Shown here: one piece after another, positions 12,801 through 26,019 of the stretch
Layout of the letters: every line of letters begins with the position of its first letter
How positions within the stretch are numbered: the first letter of the stretch is position 1
Source of the DNA: Trichoplax adhaerens
Lineage: Eukaryota; Animalia; Placozoa
Reading direction: 5' to 3'
NCBI RefSeq assembly: GCF_000150275.1
Contig: NW_002060943.1
Location: 5,414,008-5,478,007 of the forward strand
Length of the DNA: 64,000 nucleotides
Notes under the pieces: model-generated
Told to the model about the DNA's origin: nothing
Databases searched by the model: none
Seen by the model: only the letters and a program-made list of their open reading frames with translations
Made by a program: the position numbers and the translations under genes

Positions 12801-15358
12801 ATGTGCCAAAAGTTCTGCCAATACTATCATTTGGCGCAAGCCTACGATTGTAAACACACCTTATATGAGACGGTATTGCTAATATACACTTATTTTACAG
12901 GTCTTTTGCTGCCTTAGCTTTTCATGATCCTGATAGTGGCTTTATTGCTCGCCCGTCCGAGCTATTAAGGAGTATATCGGTAATTGCGGGATTCTTTATA
13001 TAAAGAAAATGCTTTATAGCCAATTGCGATTACCGGATAATTGATTTTTTTTCTTAGGCATTTACGGGAACTTTGAAGACGATTGATCATTTCGGTAAAT
13101 GCGTTGTTCTTTCAATCTTGTTTACGTATTAAGTGACGGCGGATAATTTGCTTTTCAGCAACTGCGGATATTGGAGGCCTGTTATTTCATTCGGTGCTTC
13201 AACATACGCAAGAAATTGATAGTAAAGGACAGAAAACCGTTACAGGTTTATATCTGTCTTGGTAAGAATCTATGATAATTTAGGCAGATCAAGCTAATTT
13301 TTTATTTAATATATCTACTTCTCAAACCTTACATTTTATAGGTTAACTGATGTATTGCTAAATCGAATTATCAACGGGGGTATATGTTATTCGCCAAGTC
13401 ATAAAATGTTTGTAAGTCATCGAAGTGTATCATTAAAAGCGGAAGATTATACCGACGTTGCCGGTAAGGGAGTCGTGTACTAACCCTTAGCGGTAGATAT
13501 TATCTACTTTGCGTAATTGTCAGTCGATTAAATTATCTAAAGATCTATTGTTTCATCAGAACTTGAGTCTCTTGCTGAGATCATTGGACCTTCCGGTATG
13601 CGGGTAATATGTAGTAAAATTGTAGAAAAAGTTTGCGCGGAAGTAACAGAATTAAAGGTAAGTGTAATCCATATGGATGTACGCGTAATGATTGGATTTT
13701 AGGTTTAAAGTGCTGATTTGCAATATCTGCTTTACCAGAAAATAGTACAATCGAACTCGTCCGCCTTAGAACAAATAAAAAATAAAAAAGAATTTGTCAA
13801 TGCTAATAGAAATATGAAAGGTACCCTTATTTATACAGTCTGTCACTGGTTTGTTAACGATTTAAATACGTACTCGCGTCTTCTGGTCCGTTTCAGATTG
13901 TGAAGAGTTATTAAATAAAACCGTAAGAATTGGAGTTATGTTGTGTCTTCGCCAACTTCTTCATGATGCAACTTATTCAGTATGCATACAACTTATTCTA
14001 TAGAAACATTTAGATCTATAATAATGTTGTTAAAAAATAATATTCCTTTATAAACTCTATCAACACAGGCTCTATCGCGACGTACTCCGACATTGCTAAC
14101 AGTAATAGAAGAGTTCCTCTCGCATCCACCAAATGATTCTTATATTCTTGTTAGTGCTATATGTAATTAAATATAAATAAAATATATTAAATTGATACCT
14201 ATGTGCTTTACTAAAAAATTTATGTAACTTTATCCAATTTTTTGTTAGCATAAATATGAGACAGCCTCAGTTACAGGAATTGAAAGTCCGATCGATTCTG
14301 TTCTTTATTCTGCTCTGAAACCAAAAAAGGGTACGCACGTAGAAAGATATTCATAGAATAATTTTTAACTGTAGCCTTCACATAATGACAAACAAGTATT
14401 AAGAGAACTCAATTTTGTGTATAAATGATGGATAATCTTTTAGATAGCTCAAATGAAGATCAACAGATCTGGCCTCTATACATGGTGAGTTTATTTGGAT
14501 TAGCTGAAAACAATATAGATTCATGAAATCGTAATTTTTTCTTATTAATAAATATAGGTTATGATTGCCGTATCACTTCCTGATTTCTTAAACCGAGATA
14601 CTTTTGTTTATGAAAATGTTCTTGGTGGTAAGACTTAGAAGTTAATAATTACATAATAAAAGTTTAGTAAGCTATTATGATTTAATGCATAAGCGTGCCA
14701 CATGTAATAACCTACTATTGTTATCCCTATTAATTGTAAAAGGTTTCTTGAATAATGCTCACTGCTTAGCCAAAGCTATCAATCAACTTGCTAGTGTCTT
14801 TTTCTCCTCTGGAGGCGACAAAGCTTGTTTAGACAAACTAGTAGAGTTTATTTCGGTCAGCAAATAGTTGAAAGTTCTTACAACATGTAAAATTCTTGAA
14901 TACATAACGTAAGTACTCATTTATGGGTTCTTCCCTGATAGATTGCATCAGAATGCGTCTTAAGCCTTGAATGTAGGAAAACGGAAAACGAAAACGAACC
15001 GGCTAAACAATATGAACCCCTATATATTCTCTTAGATATCGTTAGTAATTTTCAGTTTTCCGACTCATATGCACTTACACGTAGTTTTGAAGGTATATTG
15101 TATGTATCTATCATTTGCAGATTGTTCAAGAATCCCACTTCTTGAAAAGAGATACCATTGAAAGATTTATTTCTCATACTATCATAAGAGATGCCTATCG
15201 ACAAGTGAGCTTGGTTGGTATTTGATCATTCTGAATGTTGTTTTCTTAGTAACTTGTTTGTAATGCTGAAAAAGCCTTAATGATTAATTATTTAGCGCAA
15301 TGGAGATGAAGCAAGGAAACGTCGTAAAAAGGTTGATGCTCGTTCTCATGATTATTAG
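6874..15358 (+). CDS. NCKAP1: Nck-associated protein 1 (Nap1/Hem, WAVE regulatory complex subunit), ~38 coding exons
   Basis: N-terminus [27 protein letters not shown]|ACGD. Internal motifs [35 protein letters not shown] and [14 protein letters not shown]. All introns traced are GT-AG and in frame. Stop TAG at 15356-15358. Confidence 0.95.
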
Positions 15359-16144
15359 TGAAAACTAGAATTAAATGTTGATTTAAATAGGATCTGCACT
15401 TAAAACTTTCTGATAATATTTTACGGTGATTGCATTATTTTAAATGGTCATACTTAATTTTATACTTAACTGTAATCTTGCGATGTGACTGGACAGCATC
15501 GTAAACTGATTTAATTACTATCCAACGAATGTGATATGTATTTGCCTCGTTTACTGTGTGGTTGAGATCGTAGTATCTACATCAATTAACGCTCTGTGAA
15601 TAGGTAGAAACATAGACCTGTGATCGTAACAGTCGCATATATAAGTTACAAATATTAAAGTGTGACTTCCTACCCGATAAAATATTAGGTCCACAATCTC
15701 TATTTGATTATGATTATGTAATTGATTAACCAAACTAACGTTAATAAGCTTAGGGAATAATTCCGAAATCTGGATCTCAATACCGAAATACAAAGTATAA
15801 AATAATGATGTCCAATGATAAGATAAATTCTCAAAGCAAACAAGTGATATACGGATACAATATTTATTTTCTGTATATATGATTCTGGATGTAAGTTTCT
15901 GGATGAAATTGGTTCAAATTTTTTTTAAATCTTTTATACAGTATCACATTTGTTAGGTTAAACAGTGTTCACATTAATTATTTGTAGTTATTACATTACC
16001 TAAATTTAAAAGAACATGGATAACTTGATGTCAAATACAGCATATCATTTACCATTATTATAGCAATGTGAAAGTGTATATTTAATAAAAGATTATAATG
16101 CGTTGGTGGTTATGTTTGATTTGATTATTCGGATATTTATTTCC

Positions 16145-18038
16145 TTAATCCATGGAGGAGCTCTGAACACGTTTGAAAATTGCAGTAAATTTCTTTCCAT
16201 CGTTTCTAGTAACCTTTTGACCTTCTTCTGTACAATCTCCAAGAAATTTTAGAATTGCGTCATGTGACTATGCATTGCAATAAGAAATGTTAGATTAACC
16301 AAATAAGAATGATAGTTTTTAACATACGGGTAATGAATAATTAAAATCGTTAAAATAAAAGAATACTAATTACCAATGATTCTAGCTTTACTTCTTCAAA
16401 TAATGGGTGTTCGTTTAGATGGGATTTCATCCATATATGAACCTCTTCGACATCAGTAACAGTATAAACTAAACCCTATTCATTTATGGATTTTATAATA
16501 TAATTAGAAGGCCAATGTAATAAATTATGCTGATATATCCAAATTCACAGCATGAAAATTTATCAGGGTCTATTTTAATCTATTGTAAAGACTGAGGTCG
16601 GATACGAGTAGAATTATTCTTGGTGTCAACTCTTAATTGCAGTACTTTACAGCATTATTTTATTGACTATATCACGTCAAGATACTTAAAAACTGCGTTT
16701 AATGTATTTAAATTCGTAATCTCTCACCTCAACTGCTAAAATATAGGCGTATTCAGCAAGTAAGGTTTGGCTAAATATATTAAATGAAATATAATTATCA
16801 GAAATTAGTAATGATTGGGAATCTAATTAGATACAATAGGTTGAAATCAATTAGTTAGAACAATATTCTATGTCATGCCTTAATATTCTTTGCTTATGTT
16901 TGGTTTTCTTAAAATGAGGGTCAGGGTATAAGAAAAATAGCTTCTTAAGCTAAAGATATTCCGAATGCATGTGAATAAGTTACTGTGTTTACATACGTTG
17001 TGTTAATAGCTAGGTTACTACCAAGTCGATAGGATTTATTGACCATAGCACTGTACTATGTTTACAGATCGCTGCAATTTGCTACGATTTCTGGCAAGGG
17101 ATATACGGTATATAGTAAGACTACCTGTTTGATGCTACAAACTACTTTAACTATACCGTCAAAGGTGATCGTTAAATCTGCGGTATTTTTACCTGGCCCT
17201 TTTTGAAATAGTTTGGTAAGTACTTCATCGCATTAGTTCTTACTATGGCGATATTATTGTACTTTCCAGGGTTGTTAATTCTTAACGCTGCAATCCTTTC
17301 TTTGACATAATCGGAAACCTGCAAATAATGAGGTACGAGAATCACACTTGTTCCATTTTATAATCGTGTCACAAGACATTGAAGACCAGAAAATAAATAA
17401 CTGATCAATTTATAGAACCTTCTGTGACTTTTAATTATTGGCTTACTTACTTTTACCCTAATTTCCATTCCCATTATATAAGTGTCGGGAAATAGCGGAG
17501 CTAGAGTAACTGATGTCAATAGCATAATTACACTCTTATACCACTAACACAGCATACGCGTATGGTTCAATGGAAGAAAAACAACAGTAAGAAATTCAAC
17601 AGTATGTCTTACTGAGTAAACCGCCATATCCGCAACCAATATCTAAGAATTGTACACAGTCTCCCTTCTCCGCTTGATAAGTAGGGTACAGAGCTGGCCA
17701 GTTCATTTGATCAGGACAAATAGGGCTTTTAAGAAACGATGGTGATTCATTAGAATGATATTAGTAATGGCGATATCGCTTCAAAGGATATTTCTATCTT
17801 ATAAAGCTCTAGCCATTGCAGTAGGAGTAACGTTATTAATTCTGTTGTTTCAACGTACAAATAATTTACTGCGTTAATAGGTTTTTACCAACAGAAGTAT
17901 ATCCATTCGGCTCCTTTTAACAGAATATAAGTTTATGAGATTATTATTCTTAACTTACTCTGAGAATGTATGATCTGCTAAAGGATTGGAATGAGCCCTC
18001 TGGCGGTAAAATTTCTTTTGCGGCATTGCTGCAGCCAT
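16145..18038 (-). CDS. METTL1: tRNA (guanine-N7)-methyltransferase catalytic subunit (Trm8), 8 exons
   Basis: [23 protein letters not shown], then [59 protein letters not shown] and [10 protein letters not shown]. One intron is GC-AG (16771-16878). Confidence 0.96.
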
Positions 18039-18792
18039 GACTGCTACTGTTGTTTTAACGGCTAATTGCAGTAGAATAGTCTAGTCTTTTGTAGATTGAA
18101 TAAGCCGAAACTACTATACTATAGCTATCAATCTTTATTTCCAACGTTGAAAATTATCTTTGCAGTTATTTTAATATTCTTGAGCTATATCCAATAATTC
18201 GATCCAAACTATTGAATTGTTTCTCATAATAAGGATTGAAATTGCCCTTTAAATTAGTACGTTAGTCTAATCTTGCAATCTTGTTTAATAGATTAGCTTA
18301 ATTTTGCCTTAGATTGATGATGAGTATAACCGATGAGATTAATTCCTTGATTAAAGTGCAAATCTAGACAGATTTGCAAGTCTAATAATCTTCCAGCAAG
18401 GCATCCGTTGCCAGGTCAAGCTATCGTCTTATGCTGCCTCTACTGTATGTCAATTACATACAGTATACTGTACACAGTAAGCCTGTATGGTAAGTAAAGA
18501 CTTCCTACAGTGCCATCGTTAAGTGATCGTATCGTGTAAGTTGTTGACTATCAGGTAGGTATGAGGGCAGTCTATACTATCAGAGCTGTTGAAGTAGTCA
18601 TACTAAATTGTGCACCGACTACATCCCGGAAGCTAAAACTCGTCTGATGGCGTACTGCTTGCTAGTAATCCAATTGCAAAACTGATCTAGAAATGAAAGT
18701 CGATATTTTACAGTCATATAGCTAAAGATTTTATTCCCTATCATCATTAAATCCACGTCTAAATAATAGACTAGTTAGCAACGATTACCAAG

Positions 18793-20554
18793 ATGGATAA
18801 GGATCAAACTTGGTACGGTGGTGGTAAAAATTTTTGGCAAAAGAAATCGTCAACTGTTCATGGCATGATTGGTGGCTATAGCAGGATTGCAAAGACAGAT
18901 TTGAGCACCTCGCGACGCTTTATTTTAAAAACGATAAAAACATGCAGCAAGGAAACACAATTTGGACGTGCATTAGATTGTGGTGCAGGTATGCAATAGT
19001 GAAATCGTGAGTTACTTGAGCATACTAAATTCATTTTATCAATATGATACAATTTGGTACAATGTCGTAAAATACTTCGGTTAGTATTGTTAATTCAATT
19101 AATGAAGGCTAACAAGATAACCTCGCTGTTAAGCATTGCATCATTATTGACGCCCATTCTAGTAGAGTTGATCGTAATTATTGGAAGTTATGGCTTATAG
19201 ACTGCGTAAGAATTATTTAATGTTTGCTGTCCAAAATATCATCACAATGTTATTGTCTACAATTGCACATATTATCTTGGAAAGACGGTAATAGCCTATA
19301 ATGCATAACATCAATGATTCGATGTTGGCGATCAGAAACACCATTAAAATATTATTGTCTACAATTGCTCGATAAAGATAGCGATAGCGTATGTCTTAAA
19401 ATCTGTAACTACATACATTAACTTGATAAACTACTGATATCTTAGAAAAACTATACAAGTACGGTAATTATCTAGTGCTACAGATTAGCTAATGATATCC
19501 AAATGTCTTGTAATTGTATAACTGGATGCATTACATTATATTATAGATATTCGAATGCTTTATAATCGTCTGTAACTACATGTATTACCTTTCCATAGTC
19601 GATGAAAAGTAAACGAAAACTGTAGACATTGCCTTCCGAAACTAACTATATCTCAATGCCCTATAACTAGTTGCCTTTAGTTGCACGAATTATCGTCCAA
19701 TACTAATGATATCTCAACGCCTTGAATCATTTGTAATTGCAGGCATTACCTTCCAATACCTGATGATATCTTAATGGTATCCGAGGGTCTTATAACTGTA
19801 TAGAACTGCATGCCTTACCTTCCTATGCTGTATTACTAATAATATTCTGTAACTGCAAGCACCACCTTCCAATACTAATGATATCTCTATGTCTTATCGA
19901 TAAATACGCCTACGACTTTTCAATCCTAATCTAATCCTAATGCTTTAATCCCATTAATATCTTTATTTATGCCTTCAAATACGAGCACTGTATTAACATT
20001 ACCTTAACACTGATACTACTTTATTGTCAGTGGATTGATTTTCTATTGCAATAATTATCTTTCACAATTTTGCAGGCATTGGAAGAGTAACGAAAGGGGT
20101 CTTACTGCCATTATTCGATGTCGTTGACTTAGTAGATCAAAATGAGGAATTTTTACATACAGCTAAAGCCAGATTATCGCCCGTTGTAACCGACAAGCAT
20201 CGGTTAGGCGAGACATATGCCTGTGGATTACAAGATTTCAATCCAGAATCTGCAAAATATGATGTCATTTGGTGCCAGTGGGTATTATCACATTTAACCG
20301 ATGATGATCTGTCTAGTTTTTTGTTGCGTTGCAAAGGCGCTTTACGTCGAAATGGCATCATCTTTGCCAAGGAAAATGTATCAAGGAATGATAAACCAGA
20401 AATTGATAATGATGATTGCAGCGTAGCTAGGGCTGAACAATCCTATGAGGAATTATTTAGAAAATCTGGCTTCCTTATTCTAAAGCAACAATACCAAGGC
20501 AACTTTCCGCGAAAATTACTACCTGTAAAGTTATATGCATTGGTTCCATCGTGA
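18793..20554 (+). CDS. NTMT1: N-terminal Xaa-Pro-Lys methyltransferase (NTMT1/METTL11A), 2 coding exons (18793-18988, 20076-20554)
   Basis: Motifs GMIGGY, ALDCGAG|IGRVTKGVLLPLF, YDVIWCQWVLSHLTDDDL, KENV, DDCSVAR and FPRKLLPVKLYAL. Confidence 0.94.
19400..19900. repeat. Degenerate minisatellite (~55-60 bp unit) in the NTMT1 intron
   Basis: Recurrent variants of TGTAACTGCA..CATTACCTTCCAATACTAATGATATCTC, several diverged copies. Confidence 0.6.
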
Positions 20555-22659
20555 CGTAGTTGCTCTAACTGGAAGTCATTAAAGTATTAAAAATATCGCC
20601 TAGCTAACGGATACTTTTTCGTAATCCATCAATAAATTTTTTATCAGTTTCTGTAATTATGTTGATTAAAAGCAGTATCGACAATGTTTACATCCCCACA
20701 ATCTTATAGGATTGATACCAGACCTTTCTACTCTTCACTTTATGGGACGATGTATTCTCTATACAGTATTGGACTCTCTTAGCAGTCCTATGCATTGCAA
20801 TAATCATTTTGAGGATCTTAATATTACGAATTTTAATAGAATGCATTTAAGATTGCGAAAAATTTCTTACAACAATTGCTAATAACGTACAATTTGTCAC
20901 TTGATATCTGCATTCGTAGAGATTTACTTGATCTGAGTATTGTTAACGCTTGCATCTATATTTTTTCTCTACTTTATGCCTCATTCATCATGAAATTCTA
21001 CTAATAGATTTACCTCTTATTGTATATAGCTCAGATCAGCTAGTTGTATATAGAGATTCGTAAGAAAACTCATTTGCGACGAAGCAGCAATCGTTGCATT
21101 TGTAATACTTTATGTAGCTGACCAGGTTTAGGCTAACGTTATTTAGCTTGTACAACTGTAATTAGTGCTAGTGCTAGAGATCTGTAAGTATCCTGAAATA
21201 TCCGATCCATTTCTTGCATACTTTAACTACAACTTTTCAATTTCATATGCCATGCAATTGTATCACATGACGTGAAAGAGTGACATTATTAATCCAATTC
21301 TTAAAAAAGTAAAATTAATAATACGTATTTATACAGTGTACTGTATATTAAAAATACTTCTCTGCCTGGTAACTGTATTACTAAGTCTATCTTCACTTTA
21401 TGTGGTATTTTACTCTGATATCGAAATACATTTCTATTATTGGCTAAAAATTTTATATTGATTATAATGTTGTCCATCATCAGACAATCTTTGATGCCGG
21501 TATCTCTGCACTGTTAAGTTACAATATACAGTATTCTCTTATATCATGCATAGATCTACTAAATGCTGTTCAATTTGGAGAAAGCTTTGGTGATAGTAAT
21601 TTTTGTATAGCAGTTCCCTACAGAGCATATAAACTTAAACAAGACCTGAAGAATAGCGTATAATGACTATAGGTGGTCAGCAAAACTTAGATTCCTTTAG
21701 TCATTGTTAATACTTATCCCACATTAAAGGGCAAAAGCTTGATTTCAATGAAGAAAATCAATCTGAGTAGGTTAAAGGCTTAAATCTCGAGTACAATCAA
21801 TGACCTATGGCTCTTATTACCACTACCTTGACAATCTAGACTATCATCGCCTGGAGGCGCAAGCTAACAGTGAATTAAACTAGCCAAGCGTGATACAATT
21901 ATACTTTTCTACGTCTACGTGTATATTATTCTTAAATTTTATGCGACCTAAAAGGATTGAGCTTTGCTTTTCAACAATGTTGCAATACTGTATACAGTAG
22001 AACAAAACGCAGAAACTTCTTCTATGGGATCTGTGGCTTAGTTTTGCTACTAAAATAGTGCCCAATCCATACATAACACGACATGAGTTTACAACCAATG
22101 ACGAATTCACAGTTAGGGTTAGGATAGATATATCGATAATTTGTATTCTAGCTATAATTGTATGGTATTCCTATGCTAGACTTGTTTATTCAAATACTAT
22201 CTAAATTATCGTTACTAAAATATCTACTTGTTATTAAGTACTGTATGAAGCCATGATTTGACTAGTATTTTTCAGTTAACTTACTAATATAACTAGTCTT
22301 TCTTGCTGCGTGAAAGTGTAATATACTACAAGATTAAGAGTATTTCAATTTTCATTCTTATTAATCTTCAGCATATTTTTTTGGTCAGCTGAGAACTGAG
22401 ACAACGCTAAGCGTGTCTGCCTTCCACATACGACGATATTAGCAGCTAGGGATAGCTCAGAACCTCTATGATTGATACCAAAAGTCCCCCCCCCCCCATA
22501 TAAAACTAAAGTTTTATTTTAGATTTGTAAGGTTCTATAATTACTTTGCAGTCATGGTATTTTACAGTATATTATATTAAATACAATACAGTCGTATCAA
22601 ATGACTGAAAAACTATTTCAGATAAACATCATCTTGTACAGTATAATTATAGTACTATA

Positions 22660-23000
22660 AATACCGTAGCACAAAAATAGTAGAAGAGCTAGAAGGAAGT
22701 CTTCTCCAAAAGACTGAGAATTGTAGCTAAAAGAAAGTCTTTTGCATTATAATGACATTATTTTAAACGTAGTGGTAATGGTACAGTAGAAGGACTGGAA
22801 GGAAGCGTTCTCTAAAAGCCGAAGAATTATTCCAACTAAATAGTCCTACAAAATATAATAATAGTATGTCAAACACACGCTAGCAATAGTAGAAAGCCTA
22901 AAAGGAAGTTTCACTAAAAAGACCGACGAATTGTTTCAAATAGATAGAGTTCCATGCAGTATATTGATAGTATTATAAAATACAGCAGCAATAAAAGGAG
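22660..23000. repeat. Degenerate ~105-bp tandem repeat, ~3 copies
   Basis: Anchor AGTAGAA...AGGAAG...AAAAG...GAATT recurs near 22679, 22785 and 22887. Confidence 0.6.
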
Positions 23001-25281
23001 GGATCTTCTTTACGTCGTATTCATCACAAATCAATATTATTTATATTACTAAGAATAACTAGTCTCGGAGATTGAACAAAACATCTTTTCTTGCAACTAT
23101 TCAAGACAGTGCAGCGTCAAATTACTGTCTATACTGTTTTTAGATTTTTATAATGAGAAACAGCATGAGGGTATGGAATTGCTGTATACCTAGATATCAA
23201 TACACAAGACGCATGTGATTGCAGTTCCTTTAGCTACTAAGGGAAGATGTGTCGACTATGTCGATCGGTAAAGAGTTTTATGTGAGTTTTCTCCATGCTT
23301 GATGAAAATATCAACGATACAACATCTTTAAGATACTTGAAAGTATGAAAAAAGTTCACCGTGATGGTGAATGAAAATAACTTCCTTTTGAAGTCAAGAA
23401 TTCAAGTTATGCTAGAATTCATTTTTATGACATCAGAATGAGACGGCAATCCATTTTATAGATAATATACTAGAATCACGCAGATATTATCAGTACTGTA
23501 GATTAAACCTCGGTATAGACGTACTACCAAAACTGTATATGCTAGTAGTTCTAACAAAATCCCATCTCATTATAATTTCACGTTTATTATTTACTTTTAC
23601 CAGTTTTGTGTAGATACAGTATAAATTAGAGGCATTTGTTGTCCAACTGTAACTCAAACTGTAAATAATCTCTGCTGCACTAGCTTTAGCGAGGTGCTAG
23701 TGAGCCAATACGATCGTCCGGAAAAGTGTAAATCTTTTTCTCTTTTGTATATACGATGCTATTTCAACAAAAAAGATACATACCGTATGACAACATGGCC
23801 GCACAGCATGACATAGATAGGTTAGAATGGTCGATGGCATGCTTGAAAAAACTTCAATTTTACCCATTCGATAGCGAATTGAGGCAACGATGGAATATTT
23901 ATCCACTTAAATGAACAATATAGTGAATTTTGAAAAAAATTACTGCTTAAGAATATATTTGAAGCAACCGACATAACGCGTACATTTGTGGATAAGCTAC
24001 GTGGCCATTATTAAAATTATTATAATCTAGCTTACCATCAGTACTAATAGCCCTAGAATGCTTGAAAGTAAGTGTAGGATCATGCAATATTAAAATGATT
24101 ATTAATTTATTCATGGAATAGTATTGATTTTACCGCATTTCAGAAGCGTCACGGTACACAGATGACGAATCTTAAGCTCTCTACCATGGTTAATTATATT
24201 ATTAACGAGTCGCTGGCAATAATCGGATTATTTTATAGAATAATACTAATCGATAGATCTATTATTAGTACTTAATTGACTCTTCTACCTACATTACGAA
24301 TATCGTGGATAGATACTTTATAGTATAACGACGATATATGAAAAAATAATAATTAGTCTAACAGACGCATAGGTTAGCTCTATTATTCTGATACGATAGT
24401 AAACTAGCTACTAATATAGAATATGTAATGAAGTAAGAATTAAAAAGCACGGAAGTTGCTTATAGTATTGGCAAAGTCATTAAGAGATATAAGAAGAGAG
24501 TAATGTTAAATTTGTGATTAATTTATAGTAAAATTAGAGTGATATTTATGTAAGCTAAAGATAAACCAGGTGGGGGGGGGGTGGGAAATGGATCAACACA
24601 TCAAATTACTAGTTTTTCGTATATGTACGTAGCTTTATTTGGATAATGATTATTATGACAAGCCCCTTTAAAACAACTTTTAGATAAATGAATTCTAGCA
24701 ATCGATACTGGTATAAACATAATTTTTGTTATCCAGGCTATAAATACTGCAATATGAACGTCCAAAAAAATCATATAGGGATAAGAAAGAAAGCTGCAAC
24801 ATAGCAGTGGTACATTTTTTAGTAAGCAGCACAAAATAGCTTTATTTTTTTTCACACTTTCTATTTTCGATAGTAAAAGATACCACTGAATGGATACGCA
24901 AGTAATCAACAACCAAAAGTGTATCCATGATGATTTCTTTTATTGTGAGACAAGTAGATTGCTGAATATAAAACCAAAAATGATTCGCTATAGACACATT
25001 CTAGCTAAGAAACTTCAAGGAAAATATGACCATTGTATTAATTATAATGAACTTCTTTTTTTATTACTTAGTACCAGAGTGTATAGAGTCAAGATGAAAT
25101 AGTTAAAATGGCTTTGGTGGATGATTGGAGCAGAATTGACGTTAAGGAAAGCAGAAATAGGAAAGTCTACTAAATCAAATTGGAGTGATGATGGAAAATA
25201 ATTTTGTAACTATACTACTACTATAGCAGTAGTAAAGGCCAATTTTTTTCAAGCATAACTATTTAAATTAGAATTGGTCTA

Positions 25282-26019
25282 TTAAGCTTCGTTGAGTTCT
25301 TCTAATATACTATCTAACTCATCCTTGACAGCTTCACACTTACGTCTTTTTTCATCCAACAGATCATTGATTTCCCCTAGTTGACGATTTAACTGGCCTT
25401 TACGCCTATCTGCAGCTTCTAATCGAACATCAGCAGCCAAGAGACGCTCTTCTAGAGCTTTAATCTTGGCTTGGTAGTCTTCCTCTTGATCATTGGCTAT
25501 TCTTTCAGCATCGTCTGCTTCCTTCAAGTTTTCATTAACTCCCTGTAATTCTCCTTCTAAATTAGTAATTTTAGAATCACTACTTGACGCCTTTTCAATG
25601 GCCCGTTGATGATCGCCTTCTAAAACTCTTAGTTTTCGTTCAGCTTCTTCAAATTGTCGTTCGGCTTCTTCAGTGGATAACTTGGCCGCTTTAAGGTCAC
25701 TCTCAATTTGATCAATTCTTTCATCGTCAGCATAATCCACATCTTCAAGTCGTTTCCTTTCATTTTCTAAATCTAGATTGGAAGTCGATGCGGAATTTAA
25801 CCTCGATTCAGCTTCGGATAAACGTTCTTCGGTACGATTTAAATCGCTTTCTAATAACGTTTTACGACGTATTAACGATGCAAGTTCTTGTTCAGCAATA
25901 TCCAATCGACCACAAGCTTCTTTACGAGCTACTTCCGATTCGTCCGCTCGTGTATTAGCTTCTTCCGTGTCTTGCTTAAGCTCTTCCAACTTTTTCTTAA
26001 TCTGTTCCATCTTAGCCAT
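25282..26019 (-). CDS. Tropomyosin (short 245-aa form), CDS without introns
   Basis: Continuous coiled-coil ORF: MEQIKKKL..LK, AEQELASLIRRKTLLESDL.RTEERL..A..RL, EEAERKLRVLEGD. Length and heptad pattern are typical of tropomyosin. Confidence 0.9.
   Translation of the reverse strand: MAKMEQIKKKLEELKQDTEEANTRADESEVARKEACGRLDIAEQELASLIRRKTLLESDLNRTEERLSEAESRLNSASTSNLDLENERKRLEDVDYADDERIDQIESDLKAAKLSTEEAERQFEEAERKLRVLEGDHQRAIEKASSSDSKITNLEGELQGVNENLKEADDAERIANDQEEDYQAKIKALEERLLAADVRLEAADRRKGQLNRQLGEINDLLDEKRRKCEAVKDELDSILEELNEA

Noticed and set aside
24568-24586. G-run (and C-run at ~22485-22497) as G-quadruplex elements
   Set aside because: Isolated homopolymers with no supporting context; length is unreliable in assemblies.
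20600-25200. Hidden gene in the 4.6-kb NTMT1-tropomyosin gap
   Set aside because: Only short AT-rich ORFs with no recognisable motifs or consistent exon chain. A non-coding transcript cannot be excluded.
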